64,000 nt of DNA. Origin: a virus (lineage: Duplodnaviria; Caudoviricetes). Below are positions 8,864-18,580 of the stretch, one piece after another (position 1 is the first letter of the stretch; each line of letters begins with the position of its first letter). Below the pieces are notes generated by a model. It made no database searches and was not told the origin of the DNA. It was given only the letters and a program-made list of their open reading frames with translations. A program made the position numbers and the translations under genes. Location: positions 79,101-143,100 of the IMG/VR virus record IMGVR_UViG_3300026549_000041; one strand, given 5' to 3'.

Positions 8864-11113
8864 ATGAGTGTAAAAGTTAAAGCTGAAATAGAAGGAATTA
8901 GATTTTATAGAGACCAATGGGGCATCATTGTATGCTCCATTGATAAAGTATTAAAAGGTGATTTTATCGGTGATAAAAATGGAATGATTTTTAAAGGCAC
9001 TATGCCTGAACCAGTATTGGGTGCGACTTATATAATCATTGCTGATTATGTAGAAGACCCTAAATGGGGTAGACAATATAATATTAAATCAATTTATAGT
9101 GATGTGTCATTTGATAAAAATGATAAAAGCGGTAGACAAAAATTTTTGCTCAATCTTTTTACTCCTAGTCAAGTACAAGCTATGTATGATGTATATGATG
9201 ACCCATTTTCTGTATTAGATGCAGAAGATGTAGAAAAGCTTGTGCAAATTAAAGGCTGTGGTATTAAAACAGCAGATTTGTGGATTCGTAAATTTAAAAA
9301 GAATATTAATATTGCAAGAATTTTTGTTGAGCTTGAAGATTATGGTTTAACTAATAATATGATTAAGCGTTTGATGGACAGATATAATTCACCAGATTTA
9401 ATTATAGAAAAAGTTAAAACAAATTCATATGTTCTTGTTAATGAAGTAGATGGCATTGGTTGGAAAAGAGCAGATGAAATTGCACTTGCTGGTAATATCA
9501 AACCTGATAGTCCTATGAGAATTGGTGCTTATATAGTTTATTATCTTAATTTATGTGGTGAAAATGGTAATTCGTGGATTACTCCAGATGAATTATTGGG
9601 AGCTATTCTTGATAATCTTGGGGAAGAAATCCCCGATGAAAATATTACTATGGCTATTAGAGACCTTGGTAATAAATTATGGTGGAATGAGGATAAAGAT
9701 AAGATTGGCTTATCTAAATATTATAAGATTGAATATAGAGTTGCTGAAGAGTTGATTAGAATCAGAAATGCTGAATCCAATATTTATTGTAATGATTGGA
9801 GAATGCGTATTGAGCATCTTGAAAGAGTACAAGGATGGGATTTTACTGAAGAACAGATGAATGGTATTGAAGCTGTTTTAAATAATAATGTTACTGTTAT
9901 CCATGGTCTGGCAGGAACTGGAAAAACTTCTGTAGTTTCAGGCGTTCTTGAGGCTCTTAATAATTATTCAAGTGTAATGTGTGCATTGTCTGGAAGAGCC
10001 GCTTCAAGAATGAGTGAGATTACTGATAAAACAGGATATACAATTCATAGACTTCTTGGTTATCCTAAAGGGGCAAATGAATATCAAGGATTTGAATTTA
10101 ATCAAGATAATAAATTACCTTATAATCTATATATTCTTGATGAAATTTCAATGGTCGATGCTAAAATCTTTTATTATTTATTAAGAGCAATTCCAGATGG
10201 TGCTAAATTAATTTGTCTTGGAGATTCGGGACAATTGGAAAGTATCGGATGTGGTAATGTAGCTTATGATATGATTCATTCTGCTGAAATTCCTACAATT
10301 GAATTAACCAAAATCCATAGACAAGCCGCTAAATCAGCTATTATTACACAGAGTGTCGCTGTTAGAAATAGTAAACAAATAGTACCCAAAGATTGGGTTG
10401 GCACTGAGACAAGAGGAGAACTTCAAGACCTAGAACTTCACTGTTATTCTGATAGTAGTAATACATTTTATGAAGTAATGGAAATTTTTTCTAAACTGAT
10501 GGCTCAAAAAGATTTTAATATTATGGATTGCCAAATTATTGTTCCAATTAAAACCAGAGGGGACGCTTGTACTTATAAAATAAATAATACAATTCAAGAA
10601 TTATATAATCCTGCTTCAAAGAATAAAAAAGAAATAACAAGGTTATCAAATAATAATCCTTTTATTCTTAGAGAAGGAGATAAGGTAATTAACACAGTTA
10701 ATAATTATAGACTACAAACCCCAATCTATAATGGTAATATTGGGACAATTAAATCAATCAGTTATAATGAAGAATTAGATTCAAGAATTATTACAATTGA
10801 TTTTATAGGAATTGGGAATGTCGATGTTCCCGAAGATGCATGGAATGGGATTGAACTGGGATATGCTATTACAGTTCATAAATACCAAGGCAGTCAGAGT
10901 AAATATGTGATTTTTGGTTTGGATTTTTCGTCATATGCTCTTCTCACTAGAGAGCTTGTTTATACTGGAATTACCAGAGCACAGAAAAAATGTTATCTAA
11001 TTTGTCAAACAGGGGCACTAAGATATGCAACTGCACAACAAGGTGTTTCTACAAAACAAACCCACCTTCAGGATTGTTTATATGAAGTAGCACATCCTAA
11101 GTTGATTTTTTAA
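8864..11113 (+). CDS. recD2: RecD2-like SF1B helicase
   Basis: HhH repeats, GLAGTGKT Walker A, DEISMVD, GDSGQL, IHRQA, YAITVHKYQGSQ, YTGITRA. Confidence 0.9.
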   Translation: MSVKVKAEIEGIRFYRDQWGIIVCSIDKVLKGDFIGDKNGMIFKGTMPEPVLGATYIIIADYVEDPKWGRQYNIKSIYSDVSFDKNDKSGRQKFLLNLFTPSQVQAMYDVYDDPFSVLDAEDVEKLVQIKGCGIKTADLWIRKFKKNINIARIFVELEDYGLTNNMIKRLMDRYNSPDLIIEKVKTNSYVLVNEVDGIGWKRADEIALAGNIKPDSPMRIGAYIVYYLNLCGENGNSWITPDELLGAILDNLGEEIPDENITMAIRDLGNKLWWNEDKDKIGLSKYYKIEYRVAEELIRIRNAESNIYCNDWRMRIEHLERVQGWDFTEEQMNGIEAVLNNNVTVIHGLAGTGKTSVVSGVLEALNNYSSVMCALSGRAASRMSEITDKTGYTIHRLLGYPKGANEYQGFEFNQDNKLPYNLYILDEISMVDAKIFYYLLRAIPDGAKLICLGDSGQLESIGCGNVAYDMIHSAEIPTIELTKIHRQAAKSAIITQSVAVRNSKQIVPKDWVGTETRGELQDLELHCYSDSSNTFYEVMEIFSKLMAQKDFNIMDCQIIVPIKTRGDACTYKINNTIQELYNPASKNKKEITRLSNNNPFILREGDKVINTVNNYRLQTPIYNGNIGTIKSISYNEELDSRIITIDFIGIGNVDVPEDAWNGIELGYAITVHKYQGSQSKYVIFGLDFSSYALLTRELVYTGITRAQKKCYLICQTGALRYATAQQGVSTKQTHLQDCLYEVAHPKLIF

Positions 11114-11166
11114 CAAGTATATAATATAATAAAATGTAGAAAGATATAGATAAGGAGTAAATTAAT

Positions 11167-12393
11167 ATGATTAAAGTAGAAAATACGGATGTATATGGTT
11201 TCCAACACGCTACAAAAGCAGCAAGAAATCCCATGAACAGTTGGAATAAAAGTGATAGCGATTATTGCGGAGATATCAAAGATTGTGACGGATGTCAATA
11301 TGCCGAATATCCTAATATTTGTAATAATCCAATTGCTGATGGAGGAGATTATGTTATTGGTAAAAATGATTTAGACCTTATGCAACGTTTGTACAAAGCT
11401 GGTACTGAGCATAGAACATATGCAAGAATGATTTATGTATGGATGGATATTATGGCACCTCTGTACTGGTGGAAAGAAATGGACAGATATACAGTTGGTA
11501 AGTCTCAAGTATCATGTAGTACTATGCATCGCCTAACAGAAAAACCGTTCGATGTTTCAGACTTTAGTTTTGAACATTTAATTGGGAAAGATGAACGTGA
11601 ATATTTTGACCCTGTTATTGATGATGTTGAAGAGGTGTGGAAAACCATAGAACAATATCCAAATTATATGGTGAGTAATTTAGGAAATGTTTGGAGTATA
11701 AGGCGCAAGAAACAATTAAAGCCCTGTGTTAATTCATCCAATTATAAAAAATATGTATTATCAGGTAAAAATGTATATGCACACCGTTTAGTAGCAGAAG
11801 CATTTATTCCGAATCCGAATAATTTACCAGAAGTGAACCATAAGGACGGAAATAAGTGGAATAATTATGTTGAAAATTTAGAGTGGGTTACAAAGAGCGA
11901 AAACGCTTTACACGCATTTGAAAATGGTTTAAGGACGATTGATGGGTATACACGATATAAGGTAGCACAGACTGCTCATAAGTTTTCAGCAAAAGATGTG
12001 GAAGATATAAAGATATTATTTGAAGATGGGTGTACTAAAAGGGAAATAGCTGAAAGATATGGTTGTTCAGATTCTGTTATTTATAATATTGTAAATGGAA
12101 ATACATATATTCAGATTGATTTATCTCCGTATGATGTTGCACGTTTAACTGTCGAACATCTAAATCAATTAAGAGATATTTATTTAGAGACAAAAGATAA
12201 AGAAGATTGGTGGCAGTTAATTCAACTTCTCCCTTCGTCTTACAACCAAAGACGCACTATTTGTATGTCTTATGAGGTTGTATTTAAAATCATCAAGGAA
12301 CGTACAGGACATAGACTTGATGAGTGGAATGAATTTGTAGAGATTCTTAAGAATCTTCCTTATGTAAAAGAAATTATGGGTATTGAAAAATGA
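11167..12393 (+). CDS. ThyX-like (flavin-dependent thymidylate synthase fold) phage protein with an in-frame NUMOD4-HNH-HTH insertion
   Basis: RNPMNSW, APLYWWKE, SCSTMH N-part and LLPSSYNQRRT...HRLDEW C-part flank EVWKTI..YPNYMVSNLG and HRLVAEAFIPNP..VNHKDGNK.NN.VENLEW. The ThyX relationship is a tentative recognition. Confidence 0.65.
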   Translation: MIKVENTDVYGFQHATKAARNPMNSWNKSDSDYCGDIKDCDGCQYAEYPNICNNPIADGGDYVIGKNDLDLMQRLYKAGTEHRTYARMIYVWMDIMAPLYWWKEMDRYTVGKSQVSCSTMHRLTEKPFDVSDFSFEHLIGKDEREYFDPVIDDVEEVWKTIEQYPNYMVSNLGNVWSIRRKKQLKPCVNSSNYKKYVLSGKNVYAHRLVAEAFIPNPNNLPEVNHKDGNKWNNYVENLEWVTKSENALHAFENGLRTIDGYTRYKVAQTAHKFSAKDVEDIKILFEDGCTKREIAERYGCSDSVIYNIVNGNTYIQIDLSPYDVARLTVEHLNQLRDIYLETKDKEDWWQLIQLLPSSYNQRRTICMSYEVVFKIIKERTGHRLDEWNEFVEILKNLPYVKEIMGIEK

Positions 12394-12560
12394 AAATAAG
12401 AAAACCATACCAGAATGATATTGTGATTTTTATGTATATTGCTTTTGTAATATTAGCAGTGTTGATAATAATTTTTAGTATAATAGGAGCTTTTAAAATC
12501 CTTACATCAGACCTTCCATTTTGGATGAAATGGTTTTTATTAACTAGTGGAGGAAAATAA
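12390..12560 (+). CDS. small membrane protein (56 aa), not in ORF track
   Basis: MKIRKPYQNDIVIFMYIAFVILAVLIIIFSIIGAF...; ATGA-coupled to the upstream gene. Confidence 0.55.
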   Translation: MKIRKPYQNDIVIFMYIAFVILAVLIIIFSIIGAFKILTSDLPFWMKWFLLTSGGK

Positions 12561-12561
12561 A

Positions 12562-12798
12562 ATGACATCATGTAAATTTGAATTCCCTTGTAGCCCAAAT
12601 GACACAGTTTATTTAGTAACTTCATATGGGGTTGTTCGATTATTAGTTATGCAATTACAAATAGTGCGAGATATTAATAATGAACTTTCTCCTGTGGTAT
12701 GTTTTTATAATTATCCTTTTATTACATTAGAAGAAGCAAATAAGTATCTATTTGATACATATGAAAAAGCTCAGAAAGCATATGAGGAAGAGATTTGA
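12562..12798 (+). CDS. hypothetical protein
   Basis: GGAGG RBS before ATG 12562. Confidence 0.6.
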   Translation: MTSCKFEFPCSPNDTVYLVTSYGVVRLLVMQLQIVRDINNELSPVVCFYNYPFITLEEANKYLFDTYEKAQKAYEEEI

Positions 12799-12799
12799 T

Positions 12800-13018
12800 A
12801 TGTTATTTTATATTTGTTGCGCACAAGAAGAAAATAATTGTCCTAAAAAAGAAGAATGTAGAAGATATTTAAATGCCAACGAAGGAACTAGTTGGACATT
12901 ATTTAAATATATGTGTACTGAAGAAAATGATTATCATCTTTTCATGGAAAAAGAAGAAGATAATAATATTAAAAACAAAGAACAGGAGACTGTAAATGAA
13001 GAACAGAAAAAAGATTGA
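12800..13018 (+). CDS. small Cys-rich hypothetical protein
   Basis: ICC...CPKKEECRRY motif; packed between neighbouring genes. Confidence 0.55.
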   Translation: MLFYICCAQEENNCPKKEECRRYLNANEGTSWTLFKYMCTEENDYHLFMEKEEDNNIKNKEQETVNEEQKKD

Positions 13019-13205
13019 TTATGATGAAATAGTTGAGATTGGATTATCTCTTTTAAAAGATGAAACAGATGTATTATATGGAACAAGTGATAAAGACAAA
13101 GCAGAATCTGTTATGAGAATGTGCGGTATTATTGATTTTTTAAATGAATTAAATAAGGCAACACTAATCTGCGAATGTGACCAAGTTTGTAAATGTGAGG
13201 AATAA
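12996..13205 (+). CDS. hypothetical protein
   Basis: AGGAG RBS; ORF in operon. Confidence 0.55.
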   Translation: MKNRKKIDYDEIVEIGLSLLKDETDVLYGTSDKDKAESVMRMCGIIDFLNELNKATLICECDQVCKCEE

Positions 13206-13208
13206 AAT

Positions 13209-13778
13209 ATGGCACTAATTATAATTGCGGGAAAAAGCGGTTCGGGTAAAGATGCGGTTGTTAATGAACTTTGCAGACGAGGTTATAAAAGAATTAAAAC
13301 ATACACAACTCGTCCTATGAGACAACATGAATCACAGGGGAATCCATATTATTTTATTTCTGAAAAAGAGTTTAAAGAAAAAGAATCTCAGGGGTTTTTC
13401 CTTGAAACAAAAGAATATGATACTGTAAAAGGTATATGGTATTATGGTTCACCTAAAAATGAATTGCTCAGTTCTAAAAACAATAGCGAAAATCGACTAA
13501 TTATTTTGACACCTTCGGGCATAGAGGATTTTACCAAAGAGTCTCGAAGTAAAAAAATTAATGCGAAAATTATATACTTACGAGCAAATTCGGGTACAAT
13601 AAGCAAACGTCTCAAACGTAGAGGAGACAATCCTAAAGAAGTAGAGAGACGAATTGAAACAGATGAAAATGATTTTGTGGCATTTGAATATTACGCTGAT
13701 AAATGTGTTTTTAATAATAGCGGTACAGAATTAAGAGATGTTGTTGATATTATTGACGAATACATTCAAAGCTTGTAA
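13209..13778 (+). CDS. gmk: guanylate kinase-like protein
   Basis: GKSGSGKD P-loop, YTTRPMR, YYFIS, WYYG. Confidence 0.85.
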   Translation: MALIIIAGKSGSGKDAVVNELCRRGYKRIKTYTTRPMRQHESQGNPYYFISEKEFKEKESQGFFLETKEYDTVKGIWYYGSPKNELLSSKNNSENRLIILTPSGIEDFTKESRSKKINAKIIYLRANSGTISKRLKRRGDNPKEVERRIETDENDFVAFEYYADKCVFNNSGTELRDVVDIIDEYIQSL

Positions 13779-13837
13779 ATATTATAAGGATTAAAAGGAT
13801 TATAAAATATTATAATTTATTAGGAGGATATGATTAA

Positions 13838-14053
13838 ATGATAACATTGTATAGTACTGGGTGTTCCAAATGTCAGGTGCTTGAGAAAAAATTACATAAT
13901 GATGGGATTGAGTTTAATATTTCTGATGATATTGATACTTTAATTGAAAAAGGATTTATGTCTGCTCCTATTCTTAAAGTTGATGACAAGTTTCTTGAAT
14001 TTAAAGATGCTATTGATTGGTTAAAAAATAGGGGGAAACAAGATGAAAATTGA
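13838..14053 (+). CDS. NrdH-like/glutaredoxin-like redoxin
   Basis: LYSTGCSKC CxxC, cis-Pro motif SAPIL; immediately upstream of nrdD. Confidence 0.8.
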   Translation: MITLYSTGCSKCQVLEKKLHNDGIEFNISDDIDTLIEKGFMSAPILKVDDKFLEFKDAIDWLKNRGKQDEN

Positions 14054-15962
14054 TATTAAAGTAAATAAAGACTTTGAAAAAGCTTTAGAAATGAATAAGG
14101 CTAAATATGGAGAAGATTTTGAAATACTTAATGGATTTCATGAATCTCAATTAAATTTTTCTGATTTTATTGATGGTTTTATTGATAAGAATGTTGCAGA
14201 TGTTACTATTGATGGTAATGCTAATGCTCATCATAAAGATATTTGCAGTTTATTAGGAGAAAGAGGAAAATCAGAAGATAAACTTTTCGCATTCAATAAA
14301 ATTTTTTTTGAATTAAAGAAAAAATATGGATTAAGAACTGCAAAAGAATGGCTTGAAACAGAATATTCTGGTGGATTTTATTTACATGATGCTCCTTCAA
14401 GCACTTTTAAACCGTATTGTTATGCATATGATTTGACAAGATTAGCTACTGAAGGATTGTTCTTTTTAAATGGATATAATAATCAACCGCCTAAACATCT
14501 TACTACTTTTTTGGATGATGTAATTGAATTTATTTCTTTCTTTAGTAATAGAAGTTCAGGAGCATGTGGTATTCCAAATGTTCTTTTATGGACAATGTAT
14601 TTTTGGAAAAAGGATATTGAACAAGGATATTATTTAAAAGACCCAGATTATTATATTCGTCAATGTTTCCAAAAATTTATTTATAGAATTAATCAGCCAT
14701 TCTTAAGAGTAGACCAGAGTGCATTTGTTAACGTTTCAATCTTTGATAGAAATTATTATGAAGCACTGTTTGGTGGTGTAGAATTTCCCGATGGTACATA
14801 TGCGATTGATTATGAAGAAGAATTTATTAACCATCAAAAGATTTTTATGGAGGTTGTGTCCGATATTAGGACAGATAATCTTTTTACTTTCCCTGTGTTA
14901 ACATATAGTTTGTTATTTAAAGATGGTAAGTTTGTAGATGAAGATTTCGCAAGATGGTGCTCAGACCATAATACAACTTGGAATGATAGTAATTTCTTTC
15001 AGAGTGATAATGTTGGCACATTGAGTAATTGCTGCCGCCTTTTGTCTGATACTACAAAACTTGATGCTTTTATAAACTCAATAGGCGGCACTGCACTGTC
15101 TATAGGTTCTATTAAAGTAAACACAATTAATCTTATGCGAATCGCATATGAATCAGAATTTAATGAAAAAAAATATTTAAATATTTTGAAAAAAAGAAGT
15201 CTTCTTTGTTGTAAAACATTAGATGTAATAAGACATATTATAGAAAGAAATATTGAAAAAGGATTACTCCCTAATTATTGCGATGGTGGTATTGAAATTT
15301 CCAAACAATATTGTACTTTAGGTATTTTGGGCTTATTTGAAGTAATCGAAGGATTTGGTTATACGGTAAAAGATGAATTTGGCAATGTGTCATATACTGA
15401 GGAAGGGATTGAATTTGCTGATAAGATATTTAAAGTTTTAAATGATGTGAAAGATAGTTTTACAAATGAATATTCTTTTAACATTGAATCAGTTCCAGCA
15501 GAACGAGCTGCGGTAATTTTGTGTCAAAAAGATAATTTACTTTATGAAAAGAATGAGAAATTTATTTATTCTAATCAATGGATTCCACTTTCTGAAAAAT
15601 GCACGATTCAAGAAAAACTTAGGTTAAGTTCAATTCTTGATGCTAAATGTTCGGGCGGAGCGATAGCGCATATAAATTTGGGACAAAATTTCCCCAATAA
15701 AGATGTAGCATGGGATATGTTAAATTATATTGCAAAACAAAACGTGTTCTATTTTGCATTTAATACCCGTTTAAATGAGTGTAAAAATCATCATGGATTT
15801 GTTGGTACAGATATTTGTCCAGTATGTGGAGAACCTGTATATGACACTTATCAAAGAATTGTAGGTTTCCTTGAGCCTCGTAGGTCATATTCAAAAGATA
15901 GAAAAAAAGAGTTTGATACCAGAAAATGGTATGAATATGCTCAAATGAAAACGGAGATATAA
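14043..15962 (+). CDS. nrdD: class III (anaerobic) ribonucleotide reductase, no ATP cone
   Basis: YLHD, PYCYA, TFPVLT, SNCCRL finger loop, ESVPAE, SGGAIAH, CPVCG zinc site, RIVGF glycyl-radical loop. Confidence 0.92.
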   Translation: MKIDIKVNKDFEKALEMNKAKYGEDFEILNGFHESQLNFSDFIDGFIDKNVADVTIDGNANAHHKDICSLLGERGKSEDKLFAFNKIFFELKKKYGLRTAKEWLETEYSGGFYLHDAPSSTFKPYCYAYDLTRLATEGLFFLNGYNNQPPKHLTTFLDDVIEFISFFSNRSSGACGIPNVLLWTMYFWKKDIEQGYYLKDPDYYIRQCFQKFIYRINQPFLRVDQSAFVNVSIFDRNYYEALFGGVEFPDGTYAIDYEEEFINHQKIFMEVVSDIRTDNLFTFPVLTYSLLFKDGKFVDEDFARWCSDHNTTWNDSNFFQSDNVGTLSNCCRLLSDTTKLDAFINSIGGTALSIGSIKVNTINLMRIAYESEFNEKKYLNILKKRSLLCCKTLDVIRHIIERNIEKGLLPNYCDGGIEISKQYCTLGILGLFEVIEGFGYTVKDEFGNVSYTEEGIEFADKIFKVLNDVKDSFTNEYSFNIESVPAERAAVILCQKDNLLYEKNEKFIYSNQWIPLSEKCTIQEKLRLSSILDAKCSGGAIAHINLGQNFPNKDVAWDMLNYIAKQNVFYFAFNTRLNECKNHHGFVGTDICPVCGEPVYDTYQRIVGFLEPRRSYSKDRKKEFDTRKWYEYAQMKTEI

Positions 15963-15965
15963 TTT

Positions 15966-16472
15966 ATGATAATTAAAGGAATTATAGATGAAGATTTTGT
16001 AAATTATAAAAAACCTTCTATGTTAATTGCATTTCCTTATTGTTCGTTTAAATGCGATAAAGAATGTGGGAGGGCTGTTTGTCAAAACAGTCCTCTTGCT
16101 AATGAGTCTAATATTGAGATTGAGCATAATAAAATAATAAATAGATTCTTTGAAAATGATATTTCTGAAGCAATTGTATGCGCTGGACTAGAACCTCTTG
16201 ATAGTTTTAAAGATGTACTTAAATTATTGGCTATACTTCATCTTCCAGCTTTTGCTGTTTTTCAAACAGATGTTGTAATATATACTGGCTATACAAAAGA
16301 AGAATTACAAAACAAAATTTATAAAGATAATATTTCATATTTAGATAAATTAAAACAATATAAAAATATAATCATTAAATACGGTCGTTATATTCCAGAC
16401 CAAAAACCACATTATGATGAAGTGTTGGGTGTGAATCTTGCATCTGATAATCAATATGCAGAAAGGTTATGA
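15966..16472 (+). CDS. nrdG: anaerobic RNR activating radical SAM enzyme
   Basis: CSFKC...C cluster motif, GLEPL, IYTGYT, GRYIP...LASDNQ; follows nrdD. Confidence 0.85.
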   Translation: MIIKGIIDEDFVNYKKPSMLIAFPYCSFKCDKECGRAVCQNSPLANESNIEIEHNKIINRFFENDISEAIVCAGLEPLDSFKDVLKLLAILHLPAFAVFQTDVVIYTGYTKEELQNKIYKDNISYLDKLKQYKNIIIKYGRYIPDQKPHYDEVLGVNLASDNQYAERL

Positions 16473-16476
16473 TAAT

Positions 16477-16662
16477 ATGAAAATTAAAGTAACAGAAGAT
16501 AAAGAACTTGCTAATCAAATTAGGGCAAAGCTAAAGGAGCGTAATAATCTTTGCCCCTGTAAATTTGTAGACGCTCCAGAGAATTATTGTATGTGTAAAG
16601 AGTTCCTCGAACAATCTACAGGTGAATGTCATTGTGGATTATATATTAAAACAGAAGAATGA
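16477..16662 (+). CDS. ferredoxin:thioredoxin reductase catalytic-subunit-like protein
   Basis: CPC...CMC...CHCGLY matches the FTR-c CPC/CPC/CHC Fe-S/disulfide motif. Confidence 0.78.
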   Translation: MKIKVTEDKELANQIRAKLKERNNLCPCKFVDAPENYCMCKEFLEQSTGECHCGLYIKTEE

Positions 16663-16666
16663 AAAT

Positions 16667-17017
16667 ATGAATAATAAATATTATTTACCAAATCCAACTA
16701 TATATTATATTCGTCATTTAGGATTTCATTATTCAATTGATGCAGAAAATTATATCATGATATTTCCAATATTGAAATATAAAGGAAGACCAACTTTATT
16801 TTGCAAACTTATATATAATATACTTGACAATAGATTAAGTTATGATATAATCAAACCAAATAAAGACCCTTTGGCGTTATATTATAATAATAAATTTGGA
16901 AATGCTGAAGACTTTATTAAAAAAATAGATTCTATTGTTCATAGAAGAATACGAACAATGGGATTTAAAAAGAAAATGAAACATGTAAATAAAAAACAAA
17001 AGGAGAAAAAGGATTAA
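16667..17017 (+). CDS. hypothetical protein
   Basis: ORF in operon. Confidence 0.55.
   Translation: MNNKYYLPNPTIYYIRHLGFHYSIDAENYIMIFPILKYKGRPTLFCKLIYNILDNRLSYDIIKPNKDPLALYYNNKFGNAEDFIKKIDSIVHRRIRTMGFKKKMKHVNKKQKEKKD
16824..16851 (+). promoter_or_regulatory. near-consensus sigma-A promoter ahead of the 17017 gene cluster
   Basis: TTGACA-16 nt-TATAAT with extended -10 TG. Confidence 0.6.
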
Positions 17018-17628
17018 TGAACGGAGCAAATATTTTTAATGGAATGTTTGGTAAGATTGAAGCAGGTCTGGTAAGGTTGGATGTGCATGGCAATGTAGCT
17101 GTTAGGACTACAAATGGTTATAAATCTTATTCTACTAAGTCTAAGAGGTTGATTAACTGTGATAGTTTTGTATTTGACATTGGAGAGGAATTCTTTTTTG
17201 TAATTCCTACAAATAAAGTTGAAGTTAATGATATTATTCTTGCTACTGGTAAGAATGGTAAGAGAGTACCAAAATGTGTAATTGAAGTGAACGATACTTA
17301 TATTACAGTTATTAATTATGAAGATTCTGTAGTTGAGAATATTCTTCCTGAGCGTCATGTATTTATGGGTTCTACTTATTTCTATGGTAAGATTGTCTCT
17401 TTGTTTAATTTTAACAAAGATAAAAAGAATGGTGGATTTGAAAATATTCTTAAGTTCAAGATGATGTCTGAGATGATGGGAAATGGTTCTGGTAATAATC
17501 AGAATAATATGATGGGCAACATGATGATGTTATCTATGATGAACAATGGTGGACTTGATAACATGTTTAATTTTGATAATATGTTTTCTTTGGGTGAAAC
17601 AGAAGAGAGTAAAGAGGAGAATAAATAA
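17017..17628 (+). CDS. hypothetical protein with Met/Asn/Gly-rich low-complexity tail (partner of vWA gene)
   Basis: AAGGAG RBS; stop overlaps the vWA start (TAATG). Confidence 0.75.
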   Translation: MNGANIFNGMFGKIEAGLVRLDVHGNVAVRTTNGYKSYSTKSKRLINCDSFVFDIGEEFFFVIPTNKVEVNDIILATGKNGKRVPKCVIEVNDTYITVINYEDSVVENILPERHVFMGSTYFYGKIVSLFNFNKDKKNGGFENILKFKMMSEMMGNGSGNNQNNMMGNMMMLSMMNNGGLDNMFNFDNMFSLGETEESKEENK

Positions 17629-18503
17629 TGGGTAGTGGAAGTTTTACAACAACTAGTTTTACGGCGTATTCAACAAGCAGAGGAAGAACTGTTGATGCTA
17701 AAGGCATGGTAACATCTGATAGTTTGCAGGATTTTTATACACAAACAAAAATTCATAAAGATTTAAAACCTTATAAAGTAGTTCGTGAATGTTGTGATTC
17801 TGAAGAGCACCCTAACACAATTCCAGTAATTATTGGTCTTGATGTAACTGGTTCAATGGGAAGAGCTTGTGTTAAAACAGCTCAGAGTCTTAATACTATT
17901 ATTACATCTCTTTATGATAAATTTAATGATATTGAATTTATGATTATGGGTATTGGTGATTTGGCTTACGACAGCGCTCCTATTCAGGCTTCTCAGTTTG
18001 AATCTGATGTGAGAATTGCAGAACATCTTGATAAGGTTTATATGGAACATGGTGGTGGTGGTAATGGTTTTGAATCTTATACTGCTGCTTGGTATTTTGG
18101 ACTACACCATACTAAACTTGATTGTTGGAAGCGTGGTAAAAAGGGTATTATTATTACAATGGGTGACGAACCTCTTAATCCCTACCTTCCTAAATATCCT
18201 CTTGAGAAAATAACAGGCGATAATCTGGAAGCTGATGTAGAAACAAGAGATTTGTATGAACTTACAAAAGAAAAGTTTGATATTTATCATATTGCAATTG
18301 ATGATTTTGATGACTGCTATCAGATTTATAAATCAAGAGTAGATAAGACTTTTAAAGATGTACTTAAAGAAAATTATAAAATTTCTACTCTTGATGAACT
18401 TCCAAGTACTATCGTAAAGTGTATTGAAAATTCTGTTAATGGTTATTCTACAGAAAATTCTGTTGAGACTACAAATAATAATTCCAATTTAATTAGTTGG
18501 TAA
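17628..18503 (+). CDS. von Willebrand factor A (vWA) domain protein
   Basis: GLDVTGSM MIDAS motif, GGGGNGFESY, ITMGDE. Confidence 0.8.
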   Translation: MGSGSFTTTSFTAYSTSRGRTVDAKGMVTSDSLQDFYTQTKIHKDLKPYKVVRECCDSEEHPNTIPVIIGLDVTGSMGRACVKTAQSLNTIITSLYDKFNDIEFMIMGIGDLAYDSAPIQASQFESDVRIAEHLDKVYMEHGGGGNGFESYTAAWYFGLHHTKLDCWKRGKKGIIITMGDEPLNPYLPKYPLEKITGDNLEADVETRDLYELTKEKFDIYHIAIDDFDDCYQIYKSRVDKTFKDVLKENYKISTLDELPSTIVKCIENSVNGYSTENSVETTNNNSNLISW

Positions 18504-18516
18504 GTAAAATATATAA

Positions 18517-18537
18517 GGGGTGTTGGTATAACACCCC
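18517..18537 (+). terminator. GC-rich hairpin after vWA gene (weak terminator or stability element)
   Basis: GGGGTGTT-GGTAT-AACACCCC; poor U-tract. Confidence 0.4.
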
Positions 18538-18580
18538 GCTTAATAAAATATTAAAGATAAAAAAAGAAAGGGGTGATGAA

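Noticed and set aside
11581-12125. Intein or intron explaining the HNH insert
   Set aside because: No HINT block motifs or HN-C/S/T end, and no non-coding ribozyme core at the boundaries.
13777-13822. Short AT-rich repeats (AAATATTATAA, AAGGATTA) before the redoxin gene as a regulatory site
   Set aside because: Low complexity in an AT-rich genome; no NrdR-box-like or clear promoter match.
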